The position numbers and the translations under genes are program-made. This document shows, in pieces, positions 29,356-40,137 of a stretch of DNA of 64,000 nucleotides. Position 1 is the first letter of the stretch. Each line of letters starts with the position of its first letter. Under the pieces are notes generated by a model, which did not search any database, was not told where the DNA came from, and saw nothing but the letters and a program-made list of their open reading frames with translations. Source of the DNA: Candidatus Harrisonbacteria bacterium (GTDB lineage Bacteria; Patescibacteriota; Minisyncoccia; UBA6257; 1-14-0-10-44-23). The stretch lies in the NCBI GenBank assembly GCA_023255625.1, contig JAHFLF010000001.1, forward strand, positions 290,965-354,964, in the 5' to 3' direction.

Positions 29356-29613
29356 TTTTCAAAGAACGAAAGGTATACTCAATTCACTTTTTGAAGTGAA
29401 AATAATACACCCGTCTCGGCGACCTATCGTATGATCTGCAATACGACGACGAGACGGATGCGCTGGTCTGATATATGTTTTTCCGCCAGAGGCGGATCCG
29501 CCTTCGGCGGACAATTTGTACGAATTTCGCGGGATGTTTCGCTGGTTCGTTTGTACTGCCTTAAGCCAGTACTAATGTGGCTTCTAGTATAGTCGACCGA
29601 ATAATAAAGTCAA
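29356..29613 (-). promoter_or_regulatory. 16S promoter (TTGACT/TATACT) and boxA GTTCTTTGAAAA
   Basis: Motifs read directly. Confidence 0.7.
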
Positions 29614-29700
29614 GACCTTATTAACGAAGCCGGGTTTGCCGCGCAGCTGCGCGGCAAACCCGGGCCAAAAATCACCAAATAATTCTTCGGTTACTTTAGA

Positions 29701-30105
29701 TTACATCGAGCGCGGCCGATCAATCGAGTGCTTGCCGCCGCCGGTGCAAAACAAACTAAAACAGACAGCAAGCATGACTAATGGGAGCGTCGCCATCTGA
29801 AATCCCTGCTGAAGCGAAAGCAAAGTCGCGACCAGCATGATGATACCGAGCAACTTAGCCGCGACCCGAGTCCAAAGCCCGGCGATGAGCGCGATGCCGC
29901 CGACTAATTCAATAATCGCCACCAGATAGGCAAAAAAGTTTGCCGCCGGAATGCCGGCCTGGCCGAAAAATCCAATCGTCGCCTGCATGTCCTGAAACTT
30001 CGTCCAACCGCTGTAGACAAAAATAATACCGGCTACCACCCGCAAGACAACCGGTGCCCAACTTGACCACCGCTGACCCCAATGCTCCGCCATTCTGTGC
30101 AACAT
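29701..30105 (-). CDS. DoxX family membrane protein
   Basis: LRVVAGIIF..SG..K; ELVGGIALIAGL.TR. Confidence 0.9.
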   Translation of the reverse strand: MLHRMAEHWGQRWSSWAPVVLRVVAGIIFVYSGWTKFQDMQATIGFFGQAGIPAANFFAYLVAIIELVGGIALIAGLWTRVAAKLLGIIMLVATLLSLQQGFQMATLPLVMLAVCFSLFCTGGGKHSIDRPRSM

Positions 30106-30265
30106 AAATTTTTAATTTTGAAATTAAATATAATGAATACTAGGAATAAGTATACCTGAAATACAAAAGTTAAAAACTTGACTGCTCCAATATTTATAGT
30201 ATGATGTTAATCAACATCGCGCATCCCGTGTAAGGGTGCAAGATGAGCCCGGAGGGAATCGGATC

Positions 30266-30463
30266 ATGGCCTTCCAAGATTATCCGCATGCGGGAAGGGT
30301 GTTCAAGTGTCCACCAGATGTCGGAGAAGAAGCAGCGCAGGCCGCCAAGGACTTCTTCAAGGCAGCGGAGAGAGGGTTCAGTTGTCGGGTTACCCCAGCG
30401 GTGGGGAACCCGCTCAACAACGCTCAACACGAAGGCGACCACGAAGGCGTTCTCACCGACTGA
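30266..30463 (+). CDS. Small GC-rich hypothetical protein
   Basis: GGAGGG SD; own promoter and terminator. Confidence 0.55.
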   Translation: MAFQDYPHAGRVFKCPPDVGEEAAQAAKDFFKAAERGFSCRVTPAVGNPLNNAQHEGDHEGVLTD

Positions 30464-30641
30464 TCTCCGCACCGCGTCTCACCCTCGTCACCCTTGCCCG
30501 GCGACGAGGGTGACGAATTTTTAAAAGGATTGACCTTATCAAAAAAATCCGTATACTATCCGTATCAATAAGTAGCTAGCCACCCCAGAGAGATAGGCGC
30601 AGTAACGCCATCTCACGGGGTGAAAATTTAGTAAAATTTTC

Positions 30642-30899
30642 ATGAAACCCGACCTCCACCCGACATACTTCGCAAGCGCCATCGCCACCTGCGGCTGCAG
30701 CAAAAAATACACACTCGGCTCAACCGTAGAGAATATTGAAGTTGAAATCTGCGGTAACTGTCACCCGTTCTACACCGGCAAAGAAAAATTGATTGACACC
30801 GCTGGTAAGGTTGAGAAGTTTAAGCAGCGCCGCACCAAAGCCGAGACAGCTCCTGTCAAAGTCAAAAAAGTCCGCGTAGCCAAAAACAAAAAAGCGTAG
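30642..30899 (+). CDS. rpmE: 50S ribosomal protein L31 (Zn-binding type)
   Basis: MK..LHP.Y, CGC, EICGNCHPFYTG. Confidence 0.97.
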   Translation: MKPDLHPTYFASAIATCGCSKKYTLGSTVENIEVEICGNCHPFYTGKEKLIDTAGKVEKFKQRRTKAETAPVKVKKVRVAKNKKA

Positions 30900-31021
30900 A
30901 GCTACGAATAACGAATCAATCCGCCGGCTGGCGGAACGAAAGTACGAATAATTTTATAAAACCGCCCTAAAGGGCGGTTTTGTGTTGCTCAAAGCACGAA
31001 AAATCAGTAAGATGAGCATAT

Positions 31022-33331
31022 GTGTCATTTGAAAGACCATCGGAAAAGCCGCAGAGCGCCGAAAGAAGCGAAGGTGCAATTGAAAGGACGCGGCTTTTAG
31101 CGCAGCTGCAAGAGTTAAAAGCTCAACTACTAGCAAACGGAGGTCCTGCCCTAGTGGCCAAAGCCGCCGCTTTCATGGCTGGAGAAGTGACTGCGGCAAA
31201 ATTCTGCCGACGAAGCGAATTACTGCCTCAAGAAGAAGAGCTCCGTAGCACAGCAATTAATGCGCTCGTGCGAGAAGACATTATTAGCGGAGATCAAAAC
31301 CCTGATACCGGCGAGTTCGTGTTCGTCATTGACCCAACAAAAATCAATGGTATCAGCCGCGATAAGTTGCTGAAATACGTTGGTGGGATCGGATATGATG
31401 GCTCCGGCAATCAACTGAAAAAATCCGAAATAATTGCACGCATATTCCGCGACATCCAATCAATCACTCCGGGGCAGCAGGAAGAAGGAGACCTCAATCC
31501 CAAACCATTCCTATATATTCCAAAAAACGCAAAGGACGCGCTTGACCCGGCCAAAATCAAAAAAGCAGAATTTCAAACGACGCTCTGGGACATTGCCGGA
31601 AATAAAGAAGATGGTAATGAGGAATACCCTGTTGCCGATGGTCCGGGGGCCAATGCGCTTGAGACTCGTCTCGCGACGATTATCTTCCATCCGTCATACG
31701 GTGATGGATATCGCGATAAAAGCGGCGTTCTTCTGGTTCGTGATCCGGCCACGCGTGAGTACAAAAAATTCTCTACCGGCACCTTGAGTGACTACAATAT
31801 CAGCGGAACTCGACTTAGTGTTCGCGGCGGCAAGGTTGTACGCAGCAGTCGCCAAGGCCTTGCAGAGATGGCTCCCAGTCTCATCCGGAACGGCGCTCTG
31901 CGTAAAGAAGATTTAATGGCTATTAGAGGTACAAAAACCGGCGTCTATGACAGACGCCCCTCAAAACGAGGTATTAAAAAGTTAGTCATGTTTAACGGGG
32001 TGCGACACTATGTCGGCCCGCATGCCGAGGGTGCGGCGGCCGTACTATTAAGCCCGACAACCGCCGGCATTATAGAAAAAGATGCCTCCGGCAAAGAAAT
32101 GCTGACGCGAGTCTTCAATGCCTTTGATTCAAGCCAATTTGAATTGAAACAAAAGGAAAAGTTCCATGATTCAGGAGTTGATGAAACAAAACCCCGCCCG
32201 TTTGACCTTGCAGAATTTAGCGGCCCTAAAAAAGATGGCGAGTCAGAAGAGCTGTATGCAAATCGCCGCGCAGTCGTAGACTATGTTGAATTCATGAAAA
32301 TAAAAGATGATCTTGCGAAAATAGGTATTCCGGTTGATTCCGGCAATATTGAAACCGAAACCAACCTTGCCCGCGCTGTGCGTATCCTGTCGCAGACAAA
32401 TCGCTATGAAATATTTCTTGCCTTTGCAAAGAAAACGGGCGAATCCGGTATAGCTGCCATCATAACCGCCGGAGATGACGCTCCGTATGTTGAAGCAATC
32501 CTGAAAATTGGCGAGAAATTATCGGCCGATAAGGCACGCGAATTTTTTGAAGAAACCGACCAAGAGAAAATCTTAGAATCTCTTCATGAAAACTCCGGCG
32601 ACAAAACAATCGTAGCACTTCGAGAAAACATTAGGCGTACAAACAGAGAGCTATTCATCCGTTGTGCGGCGAGCGAAACAGCGATCAAAAACCCGCGCGA
32701 AACTAAAAAGATACTCGACCGCGCGAAAGCGGAGATTCGGCTGTTTGAAAATATGCTCCGAATCATTGAAGAAACTGAACAGCTACCGTCAGAATATCTC
32801 CGCGGAACTGAAATGGCGATTACTGAAACCGGCGAACTCTCCGACCTGGATCTTGCGAACATGCTTAAGCAATTTGAGGAGACTCGGAAAAATGACCTGG
32901 ATGAAAAGGGGAAGCCGATTTACGATGCTGAACATCTTGAGGGCCTCGTACAAGATTTCAAACAAAAACTAGAAAATCCCAAAGCGCGATTTTATACTGT
33001 TCGCCAAGGTGGCGCCATCATTGCCTTTGTTCGCTTTGAAGACCTACCGAACGATCATGTCTACGCCGGATCATTCACGACAAGCAAAGATTTGCGCGGC
33101 GAAAAGCTCGGCTCCGCGCTCATGCGAACTGCGTTTGCACAAGAAAACGCCGACAGAACCCTAGAGGCAATTGTTTTTTCCGGAAATCCACGGCTGATGG
33201 AATACCATACTCAAAAGCTCGGCCACGAAATCCATTATGACCAGCCACTCAAAATCGGCGGTGCGTTGTATTACCGGATGACTCGCGAGCCGCGCAAGCA
33301 AGCTACGGTTTCGCTTGGGGCGGCCGCATAG
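31022..33331 (+). CDS. Large hypothetical protein with C-terminal GNAT-like domain
   Basis: IIAFVRF...LRGEKLGSALM acetyl-CoA-type motif. Confidence 0.75.
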   Translation: MSFERPSEKPQSAERSEGAIERTRLLAQLQELKAQLLANGGPALVAKAAAFMAGEVTAAKFCRRSELLPQEEELRSTAINALVREDIISGDQNPDTGEFVFVIDPTKINGISRDKLLKYVGGIGYDGSGNQLKKSEIIARIFRDIQSITPGQQEEGDLNPKPFLYIPKNAKDALDPAKIKKAEFQTTLWDIAGNKEDGNEEYPVADGPGANALETRLATIIFHPSYGDGYRDKSGVLLVRDPATREYKKFSTGTLSDYNISGTRLSVRGGKVVRSSRQGLAEMAPSLIRNGALRKEDLMAIRGTKTGVYDRRPSKRGIKKLVMFNGVRHYVGPHAEGAAAVLLSPTTAGIIEKDASGKEMLTRVFNAFDSSQFELKQKEKFHDSGVDETKPRPFDLAEFSGPKKDGESEELYANRRAVVDYVEFMKIKDDLAKIGIPVDSGNIETETNLARAVRILSQTNRYEIFLAFAKKTGESGIAAIITAGDDAPYVEAILKIGEKLSADKAREFFEETDQEKILESLHENSGDKTIVALRENIRRTNRELFIRCAASETAIKNPRETKKILDRAKAEIRLFENMLRIIEETEQLPSEYLRGTEMAITETGELSDLDLANMLKQFEETRKNDLDEKGKPIYDAEHLEGLVQDFKQKLENPKARFYTVRQGGAIIAFVRFEDLPNDHVYAGSFTTSKDLRGEKLGSALMRTAFAQENADRTLEAIVFSGNPRLMEYHTQKLGHEIHYDQPLKIGGALYYRMTREPRKQATVSLGAAA

Positions 33332-34100
33332 ACAAATCAGCAGCCACAAACGGTTGCGCCTTTTCCCATTGCGCCTCAAACAGTGTTCGGTGCATCTGGC
33401 TAATGTATGGATCATCAATAATCACGCCGATGCGGCCGCGCTCATTAAAGCTCAAAAAACTCACTTTATTTTCATAAATTTGTACGATACTGCTAAACGG
33501 AACTTGCGGCGGCGGAATGAGGCGGATAGAGACAATCTGTTTGCTTAATTTTTCTTGGAGCGAACGAATATATTTTGTGTCCGGGCCGATAATCCGTTTG
33601 TGGATGCCGCGTTTTACGCGCTCATTAATATACCGCGCATTTTCTGCCGGTAGATACTTGTCCATAACCTCGTGATCAAGATAGGTTAAGACCTCCCCAC
33701 CTGAAACAAGCGTATCATCAGCCAAAATCCTGATTGCGCTATCGCCCTCGTAATACTGCACACCCGGCTTACCGGAAATCAAATTAAAATCTGATGTTAA
33801 GTTGGCGATAATGCCGCCGAGCGCCTCTTGCGCGACTTTGGCCGATTGCTCTTTCTGCTCCGCAAGCTCTTTCAGCCGAAGCGGATGCGTCGGCTCAAAG
33901 CGCAATACTTTTGCCTTTGTATTTTTTGCGACTAACCCGAGCGCAACGAGCTCATCGAGCACCTTGTAAGTGAGCCCGCGCTTGAGTCCTGATTTTTCGC
34001 TGATTTCACCAGCGGCAAGCGCGCCGTGCTTAAGCAACACCTCGTAAATTTTGGCCTGATCAGCGCTCAATCCGGCTTTAGATAAAGTTTGTTCGTACAT
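33303..34100 (-). CDS. TrmB-family regulator
   Basis: GLS.DQAKIYEVLL; KPGVQYYEG. Confidence 0.9.
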   Translation of the reverse strand: MYEQTLSKAGLSADQAKIYEVLLKHGALAAGEISEKSGLKRGLTYKVLDELVALGLVAKNTKAKVLRFEPTHPLRLKELAEQKEQSAKVAQEALGGIIANLTSDFNLISGKPGVQYYEGDSAIRILADDTLVSGGEVLTYLDHEVMDKYLPAENARYINERVKRGIHKRIIGPDTKYIRSLQEKLSKQIVSIRLIPPPQVPFSSIVQIYENKVSFLSFNERGRIGVIIDDPYISQMHRTLFEAQWEKAQPFVAADLSMRPPQAKP

Positions 34101-34113
34101 CGGGCAGTAGAAA

Positions 34114-34386
34114 TTATTTTTGAATGCTTTTTAAAAATTCCATCGTAGCATTCACGGCGGCGTTATCGGTTGGCAGCAATACTAAGCGCTCGCCAAGCTG
34201 TTTATATAATGGCGTGAAAAATTCATCCGCCCATGATGGGGTAAATGTAAAAATTCCGCTAAAATCTATTTCAAGAATCTCTGTTTCCGCTACATTTCGC
34301 AGGTCGGCCTGAAAGGCCTTAAAGGCTTCGCTACCGGATTGGCGCGAGATTAGTGTCGTTCCAAATTTTTTTAGTTCAATACGCAT
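34114..34386 (-). CDS. STAS-like (DUF4325) protein
   Basis: L.SR..G, IDFSGI...TPSWADEFF. Confidence 0.8.
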   Translation of the reverse strand: MRIELKKFGTTLISRQSGSEAFKAFQADLRNVAETEILEIDFSGIFTFTPSWADEFFTPLYKQLGERLVLLPTDNAAVNATMEFLKSIQK

Positions 34387-34411
34387 AGAAATTGTTATTG
34401 TTTATCATAAA

Positions 34412-35131
34412 CTAATACATAATTACTGCAAAACACCCTCTGATAGTTTCTGCGCCTCGTGTGAATCGTAGCTCTCCCTTTTCTGTGTCTACGCGCACTT
34501 CGGCATCGCCATTCTTGAAATAGAGATTAATTTTATTTTCCAAAATAACTTTGCGGACAAATTTTAATCCGTTGCCGCGCGCCTCCGGCGCGCGCCCGGA
34601 AACGACTTCTGTAAATGCGACCTGCACGGCCTCCAGATGGCTGGCCAGTTGCGGCCGCACTTGGCGCAGTGTAGCGAGAATCCCCACGCCTCGGTCCGCC
34701 AAAACAATTCGTCTTTTGGCAAGATCATATCCGAAAAAAATGCCGGCAGTATCAGGCCATTTACCCAGGTTATGCGCAAACGAATTGTCGCCAATCTCAC
34801 TCGCGGCTGCTGTTATGAGAAATCCCAACTTTTCCAGGCCATCTGTAGCAGCGAGAAAAGTTTCCAGCTTGCTGATTCTTCCTTGGAACACGGAGCTATT
34901 GGCGCAATAAAACTGACTAGAAAGGTCACCGCCGTCTTTTGCCCATTCATAAGCAGTTTTCTGTATATCGCCGGCGAAAAGGTTCAGATCCGCCTGGTGA
35001 TAATAACGATGAGTGCCTCCTTCTTTGCGGATAGCTAACAGTTTTCCGGATTTGTCCCACCGGCGCAAAGTATCAATAGACACGCCTAAAAATTCCGCCG
35101 CTTCAGCAATATTTAGTAAGTTTTCTTCCAT
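34412..35131 (-). CDS. MerR-type HTH plus HATPase-like domain protein
   Basis: EAAEFLGVSIDTLRRWD; EI.DN...H, DRGVG, GNGL; upstream aaactatgca x3. Confidence 0.8.
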   Translation of the reverse strand: MEENLLNIAEAAEFLGVSIDTLRRWDKSGKLLAIRKEGGTHRYYHQADLNLFAGDIQKTAYEWAKDGGDLSSQFYCANSSVFQGRISKLETFLAATDGLEKLGFLITAAASEIGDNSFAHNLGKWPDTAGIFFGYDLAKRRIVLADRGVGILATLRQVRPQLASHLEAVQVAFTEVVSGRAPEARGNGLKFVRKVILENKINLYFKNGDAEVRVDTEKGELRFTRGAETIRGCFAVIMY

Positions 35132-35414
35132 ACCTACAAAGCATAGCATCTTAGAATAAACTATGCAAATAATTAGCAAAACTATGCAAAGTATATAAAA
35201 CTATGCATTTAAAATACTCCCTTTCATAAAGGGAGTACGGCAGGGCCGGGAGGGATTTTGATTGATTAATTTTATCAATATTTTCACAGAAATATGACAT
35301 TTTGGGGCATATCTAGGAAGTCCTAAAAAGCTAGTATTCATAAGGATTTTAGCCCATTTTAGGATTATATTTTGCCACATGTACTTGACAGATTTGTCAA
35401 ATGGTGCTATAGTG

Positions 35415-35870
35415 TCTTTGTAAGATGACAAATGGAAGGAGAGCGGCGCTAGGCCGGATCCGCGCCAAATGAAGTCTTACAAAGCCGCAGCACCAGAGAT
35501 TGCACGGCAATCACGGTGCAGGGCAGGCATTTGAAATAGAAAGCGTTAGTCGAATATCGCTAGATGTATGGTTTCCACCCCTGATCCGGACACTCAACGG
35601 ACGGTATCTGCGCCGGTAAGGCAGAAAAGAGGAGGGAGTGGTCACTGAAAAGCAAACATCTAATTGTATTCTGTTGCCCTTAGCGACCTGGGAAGTCGAG
35701 CTGGAGAGCTCGACCGAAGGGTAAATAGGCAACACAACGGCTACATATCACTTAATTCATAGAGGAGAGAGTGATAAGGAGATCCGCTGGACACAAGAAC
35801 CTAAACCCGTCTTGCGTCCAGAAATCTCTTTTTGGCGTAGAGCCAGATCGAGCGAACCTTGAAAACTAAA
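35415..35870 (+). ncRNA. Candidate large structured RNA or leader
   Basis: Consensus promoter 35385-35413; many nested stems; boxA-like ACCTTGAAAA at the end; no convincing ORF. Confidence 0.55.
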
Positions 35871-36211
35871 CCCAGCACTAACTTTTGCCTAACCCAGCAC
35901 TAACTTAAATAAGTTAATGCTGGGTCAAGCTTTGCCGCAAACGGAGTTTTAACTTCGCCAGCGCCCAGCCATGGTACTTAAGTTGCTTCTCGCGCTCTCG
36001 AGCGTCAGCTTCAACGCGATAGGCCTCGTAGTATATCAGTTCCCACTTATGCCCTCGCGTAGAAAAAACCTTGCCGTTGTTATGTGCGGCAAAGCGAACT
36101 CGCAAATCGTTTGTACTTCCAGTGTACAACTCATTGAGTTCATTACGAATTACATAAACATAATGCATGCAGTGATTCTATCACTGCATGCAGGCAAAAG
36201 TTAGTGCTGGG
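35871..36211 (-). mobile_element. 341-bp GIY-YIG mini-element with 20-bp TIRs and TAAA flanking duplication
   Basis: cccagcactaacttttgcct ... aggcaaaagttagtgctggg; TAAA on both sides. Confidence 0.75.
35914..36168 (-). CDS. Small GIY-YIG nuclease
   Basis: YVYVI...LYTGST.DL..R...HN.G...YYEAY...A.ERE.QLK. Confidence 0.92.
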   Translation of the reverse strand: MHYVYVIRNELNELYTGSTNDLRVRFAAHNNGKVFSTRGHKWELIYYEAYRVEADAREREKQLKYHGWALAKLKLRLRQSLTQH

Positions 36212-36594
36212 TAAATAGAAACGAATTGTGAGTAGGCGATACTCGGGGATTATATACCGGAGTGCCTATCAGCAACGTTCGCGGATTCCTGTGATTGAAT
36301 GATTCTCCCTTTCCTAAAGGGAGTACTCCGACGTTACGTCGGAGGGAGGGATTTAAGTCCTCCAAAAAACCAATTGATTCGCAGACCCGGCTTTTCTTAT
36401 TCTCCCTTTCCTAAAGGGAGTACCGCCACTAGGCGGGGAGGGATTTTCTCTCTTCTGCAAAAGCCGGATAAGCGAGTCCGTTGATCGCGCACAAGGTGTG
36501 CGCGGAAGCGAACTCAACTCGTGCATCTTAATGGTAGAGATGCAGCAGAGTAGGATTTTCCCCCTAGGCGAAAAGGGGAAAGGAGAAATATACC

Positions 36595-37326
36595 ATGCGT
36601 CGTAATCCAGAAAGTTGCGTTGCGCGCGCCCTGCGCGCGCAGGGCGACCTCGCGAAGCGCGAGGCGGCCCAGAAGGCCGCGGCGGCTCGTGCCGCCGCGG
36701 AAGCTCGGCGGAGCGCCCTGCTCCGCGAGCACTCCGTCCTCGCCAGTTGGCGGGGCGGGTTCGAGGAGGCGGCACGCCGCTTCCTCCTGTGCGCCGCCAA
36801 AGGCGGCGCATTCCACGCGGACGCCGCCGCCTGGCTCGCCGGTCTCTCCGAGGGAGTGGTGGTCTCGGGCTGGGATGTCCAGCGCGCTGCCACTTTGATG
36901 GTGGCCGAGACCGAGGCGCTGGAAGCCGTCGGTAGCATCCGCCGCGTGCCGCGTACGCCGGCAGAGCTCGATGCTCTGCTGACCGCGGCTTGGCCGGTCG
37001 CGGTCGCCCGGGACGGGCGGACCGAAGGATACAACGGCCCGGCCAACGGTTTCGACCGTTGGAACGGGCAGTTGACGCCGCCCGAGGGGAAATCCTACCT
37101 CGGTGGCGAGGTCGCCGACGCCGGCTTCGTCTGGAACGCGGGTGGGCGTTCCACCCCCGGACTCCGTCCGCTCGCGGACGGTCGGTGGGAAGTGTTGGTC
37201 GCCGTCCCGCGGTGGTACCTGGAGGGGGACTCGACGGCGCTCAACGCCGTCGGGGGCTACTGCTCCATGGGCGCGCCGCTCCCGCGGTCCCAGTGGGACT
37301 GGCGCTGCGAGCCCCTGCGCTCGTAG
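36595..37326 (+). CDS. Very GC-rich hypothetical protein
   Basis: AAGGAG SD. Confidence 0.7.
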   Translation: MRRNPESCVARALRAQGDLAKREAAQKAAAARAAAEARRSALLREHSVLASWRGGFEEAARRFLLCAAKGGAFHADAAAWLAGLSEGVVVSGWDVQRAATLMVAETEALEAVGSIRRVPRTPAELDALLTAAWPVAVARDGRTEGYNGPANGFDRWNGQLTPPEGKSYLGGEVADAGFVWNAGGRSTPGLRPLADGRWEVLVAVPRWYLEGDSTALNAVGGYCSMGAPLPRSQWDWRCEPLRS

Positions 37327-37723
37327 TCGCCACCCCTCACCCGTTTTGAAGCAACGGGAACGATGAGGTAACGCTTCAAGAGAGGAGGTGAGTCGTAAGG
37401 GGTCTTTTCATCCTGGTTTTCGCCATCAAGCAAAACCAAGGAGTTTTCGGGAATCAGTCCCGACGAGTATCAGCTTCTGAGCGGCTGATACTTTAGAATG
37501 GTTAGCTCTTCGCGCTGGTGGGGGAGGTCAGACTCGTTCTGATCTCTCCCCACCGCAAATTTTATGAATTCGTATCAGGATTTTTCTGGATTCCCGCTTT
37601 CGCGGGAATGACAGACAGAAAATTGATATGAGTTCGTAAGGTACGGGCTCAAGAATCACTACCACGCGTTGCTGTCATGGGCAGCGCGTTGGTTTCGCCC
37701 TGACGGGCAATTGGAGGTTTACC

Positions 37724-38212
37724 ATGACCGAGCCGACATACACAGGGGAAGCGATGAGCTTTCGGAAGCGGCTGCCGGAGCCGCTGGCTGGGTTGGTCCG
37801 AGACCTCTCGGACCAACGGACACGGTTCGCCGCGTTCCAGTTCTCCGGGTGGCTGATCGGCGCCTTGGAGGCGGTGTCCCCCCGGAAGTTGGTTCCGGGG
37901 CCGGAGTACATCAAGGACGAAAAGGTCAACGCCAGGCGGGAGCTGGCGTTGTCGGCGGCACGGAGTGCACACGAACTTCTCGAGTGGTACCAAGACATGG
38001 GCTGCAGGGGGCGCCTGTGGGTATCTCGTCTTCTCCCCACGCGCGCCGAGTATGGGAACATCTCTGCCTCCCTGAGGGACGGCATGGAATTCCTCCGTCA
38101 GGAGGATGTCGTCGTTGCGCTCAATCGCGCGATGGAAGAGGCGAAGAATGCCTCGGATCAGGAGGTTGACCTCCCTGCGCGCAAGAAGGAGAGATTCGCT
38201 CGGCCGAGCTGA
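37724..38212 (+). CDS. Hypothetical protein
   Basis: GGAGGT SD. Confidence 0.7.
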   Translation: MTEPTYTGEAMSFRKRLPEPLAGLVRDLSDQRTRFAAFQFSGWLIGALEAVSPRKLVPGPEYIKDEKVNARRELALSAARSAHELLEWYQDMGCRGRLWVSRLLPTRAEYGNISASLRDGMEFLRQEDVVVALNRAMEEAKNASDQEVDLPARKKERFARPS

Positions 38213-38544
38213 CCGAGCGGCGTAAAAATACCAGAATGGCTCTCTGGCAGTGAGTTAAAATCCAGTAGCTCATGCGAATGTAATCCGCTCATCGGATACT
38301 GGTTCAGCGTGCGAACAAGACTCGCGCACGCTGGAAAGGGTTTCAGGAGTCAGCCTTGGTGAGGGGTCGGCAGCGATGTCGGCCCCTCCCAGAAAAACTG
38401 CGTATTCGCGGGTGGAAGTTTCAAACGGAAATTTTTACGCGCGAGTCCGTTGTAACCGGATTCGAAAAGAGAAAACCGCTATCGCATCCTTCGTGGTAGG
38501 AGGTGCGATGAGCTTCGTCCTTCGGGACAAAAGGAGTGACTACC

Positions 38545-38865
38545 ATGAGTCTAAGGGGAGACGACAGCTATCTCGGACCATTCCACCGTCAGCGCACCCC
38601 GGCCGAGGCGGCGGCTGACGCGCCGCATGAGCTCCTCCGGAAGCAGGAGCTTGACGCCGCCGAAAGGATGTACCGCGCGGCGACTGCGGCCGAGTCGCCG
38701 CGGAAATCCAGGAGTGTCGTAGATCTCCTGGATCAGGGCTGCGCGGCGACTGCGGCGGAGAGGGAGTACCTCGCCGCCCGACATCGGGCCGAGAGACGCT
38801 TCGGCAACCGGAACATCCCGGGGGCTGACGGAGGGCCGGGTGGTGGCCAAACGCCCGACGCGTAG
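38545..38865 (+). CDS. Hypothetical protein
   Basis: AAGGAG SD. Confidence 0.6.
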   Translation: MSLRGDDSYLGPFHRQRTPAEAAADAPHELLRKQELDAAERMYRAATAAESPRKSRSVVDLLDQGCAATAAEREYLAARHRAERRFGNRNIPGADGGPGGGQTPDA

Positions 38866-39156
38866 CCGGGCAGGTCAGCCGAAAACGCCGGGTTAGCCAC
38901 CGGCGTAAATATTCCCAGAGTGGCGCTCTGGGCTGGATGACAAAATACACCCTGTCATCCTGTGGGTTTCTCCGGCGCTGTTAAACGCCGGTGATAAGGG
39001 TAGCGCGTGGCGGAGGAGTGGGAAGACCCCACCCTCCGCCGCACAAAATTCAAACAAAGATTTTTGCGATGGACATTTACATTATGCGTTCCTGGGGACG
39101 CTTGGTCTATCGCAGAAACCTCTGCTTGAAAGACAGCTGGGGAGAAAGAGTGGTTT

Positions 39157-39375
39157 ATGGAGCTGTGGGAGGTCAGTGTCACAGTCCTGTCACCAAGGAG
39201 GGGGACTGTGAAGGCAGAGGTGAAGTCTTCCGAGGCAGAAGTTCTAGATCTTTGCAGAAATTACCCTGCAAGGTATTTAGGACTTAAAATTTCCGTGGCG
39301 AAGATGGAGTCAGAAGGGGTTCAGTGTACTGACCCGCTCTTCTGCGTCATCGACATATCCCCGGGAGGTGATTAA
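39157..39375 (+). CDS. Small hypothetical protein
   Basis: Follows shared leader aaacctctgcttgaaa. Confidence 0.5.
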   Translation: MELWEVSVTVLSPRRGTVKAEVKSSEAEVLDLCRNYPARYLGLKISVAKMESEGVQCTDPLFCVIDISPGGD

Positions 39376-39386
39376 TCCGCGTCCTG

Positions 39387-39770
39387 ATGATCACGGGACG
39401 GTTCGCTGGTCAGGTGCGGGAGATCCCGCCGACCACCGACCCGATGGAGCTCTTCGGCTTCTGCGCCCGGGAAAACTGGGCGTGGGAGGTGGAGTGGGCT
39501 TCGGCAACGAGCACACAGGAGAAGTTCGTCTGGGGGCGTGCTGACATGGTCGGCCGTTGCCTGCGAGCGCTCCTGCATGGCCGGCCGGTTTTCCTCAGCG
39601 GTAAGAGATATGCCGCCAAAGGAACCGATGCGGCTGGCGTAGTTGCCGGACAGCTCGAAGACGCCATCGTTAATTCCGGCACCAACGTTCGCGTTGGCTC
39701 AGATGACGAGGATGGCGTCGTCATTGAGCTCTGCTCGGACGAAGAGCCCGGCAGTTCTGCGCGCAACTGA
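39387..39770 (+). CDS. Hypothetical protein
   Basis: GGAGGTG upstream. Confidence 0.6.
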   Translation: MITGRFAGQVREIPPTTDPMELFGFCARENWAWEVEWASATSTQEKFVWGRADMVGRCLRALLHGRPVFLSGKRYAAKGTDAAGVVAGQLEDAIVNSGTNVRVGSDDEDGVVIELCSDEEPGSSARN

Positions 39771-39849
39771 CAAAGCGCGCTATCTCAAAACCTCTGCTTG
39801 AAACACAACGGAGGAGAAAGGTTAGCCGTTGCGGAACCGGAGGGCTAAG

Positions 39850-40137
39850 ATGGAGCGGCTACGAAAAGTAGCCGCAAAACTGTGTCTGAGAGTTCGACTC
39901 TCAGAACAGTATTGTGTCAGCTACGACACAATCATGCGGTTCGACAGGGTAGTTCACGCGGAAGGCGTGAGATTTATCCTGGCGTTTCCAGGGAGCGTAG
40001 TTGCGGTCTTCTTCAGCAGTAAGACGCTTTGGTCAATTGTTGAAGAAGCTGGCGCCCTTTTGGCGGTATACGATAGCGTTGACACTATCAACCGCCTTCT
40101 TAAGGAAGAGGAGGAAGAGGAGGAATTGGAGGGATGA
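39850..40137 (+). CDS. Small hypothetical protein with acidic tail
   Basis: GGAGG SD; poly-E end. Confidence 0.55.
   Translation: MERLRKVAAKLCLRVRLSEQYCVSYDTIMRFDRVVHAEGVRFILAFPGSVVAVFFSSKTLWSIVEEAGALLAVYDSVDTINRLLKEEEEEEELEG

Noticed and set aside
35415-35870. RNase P RNA or tmRNA
   Set aside because: Lacks GAAAGTCC/ACAGAA P4 motifs and tRNA-Ala-like ends
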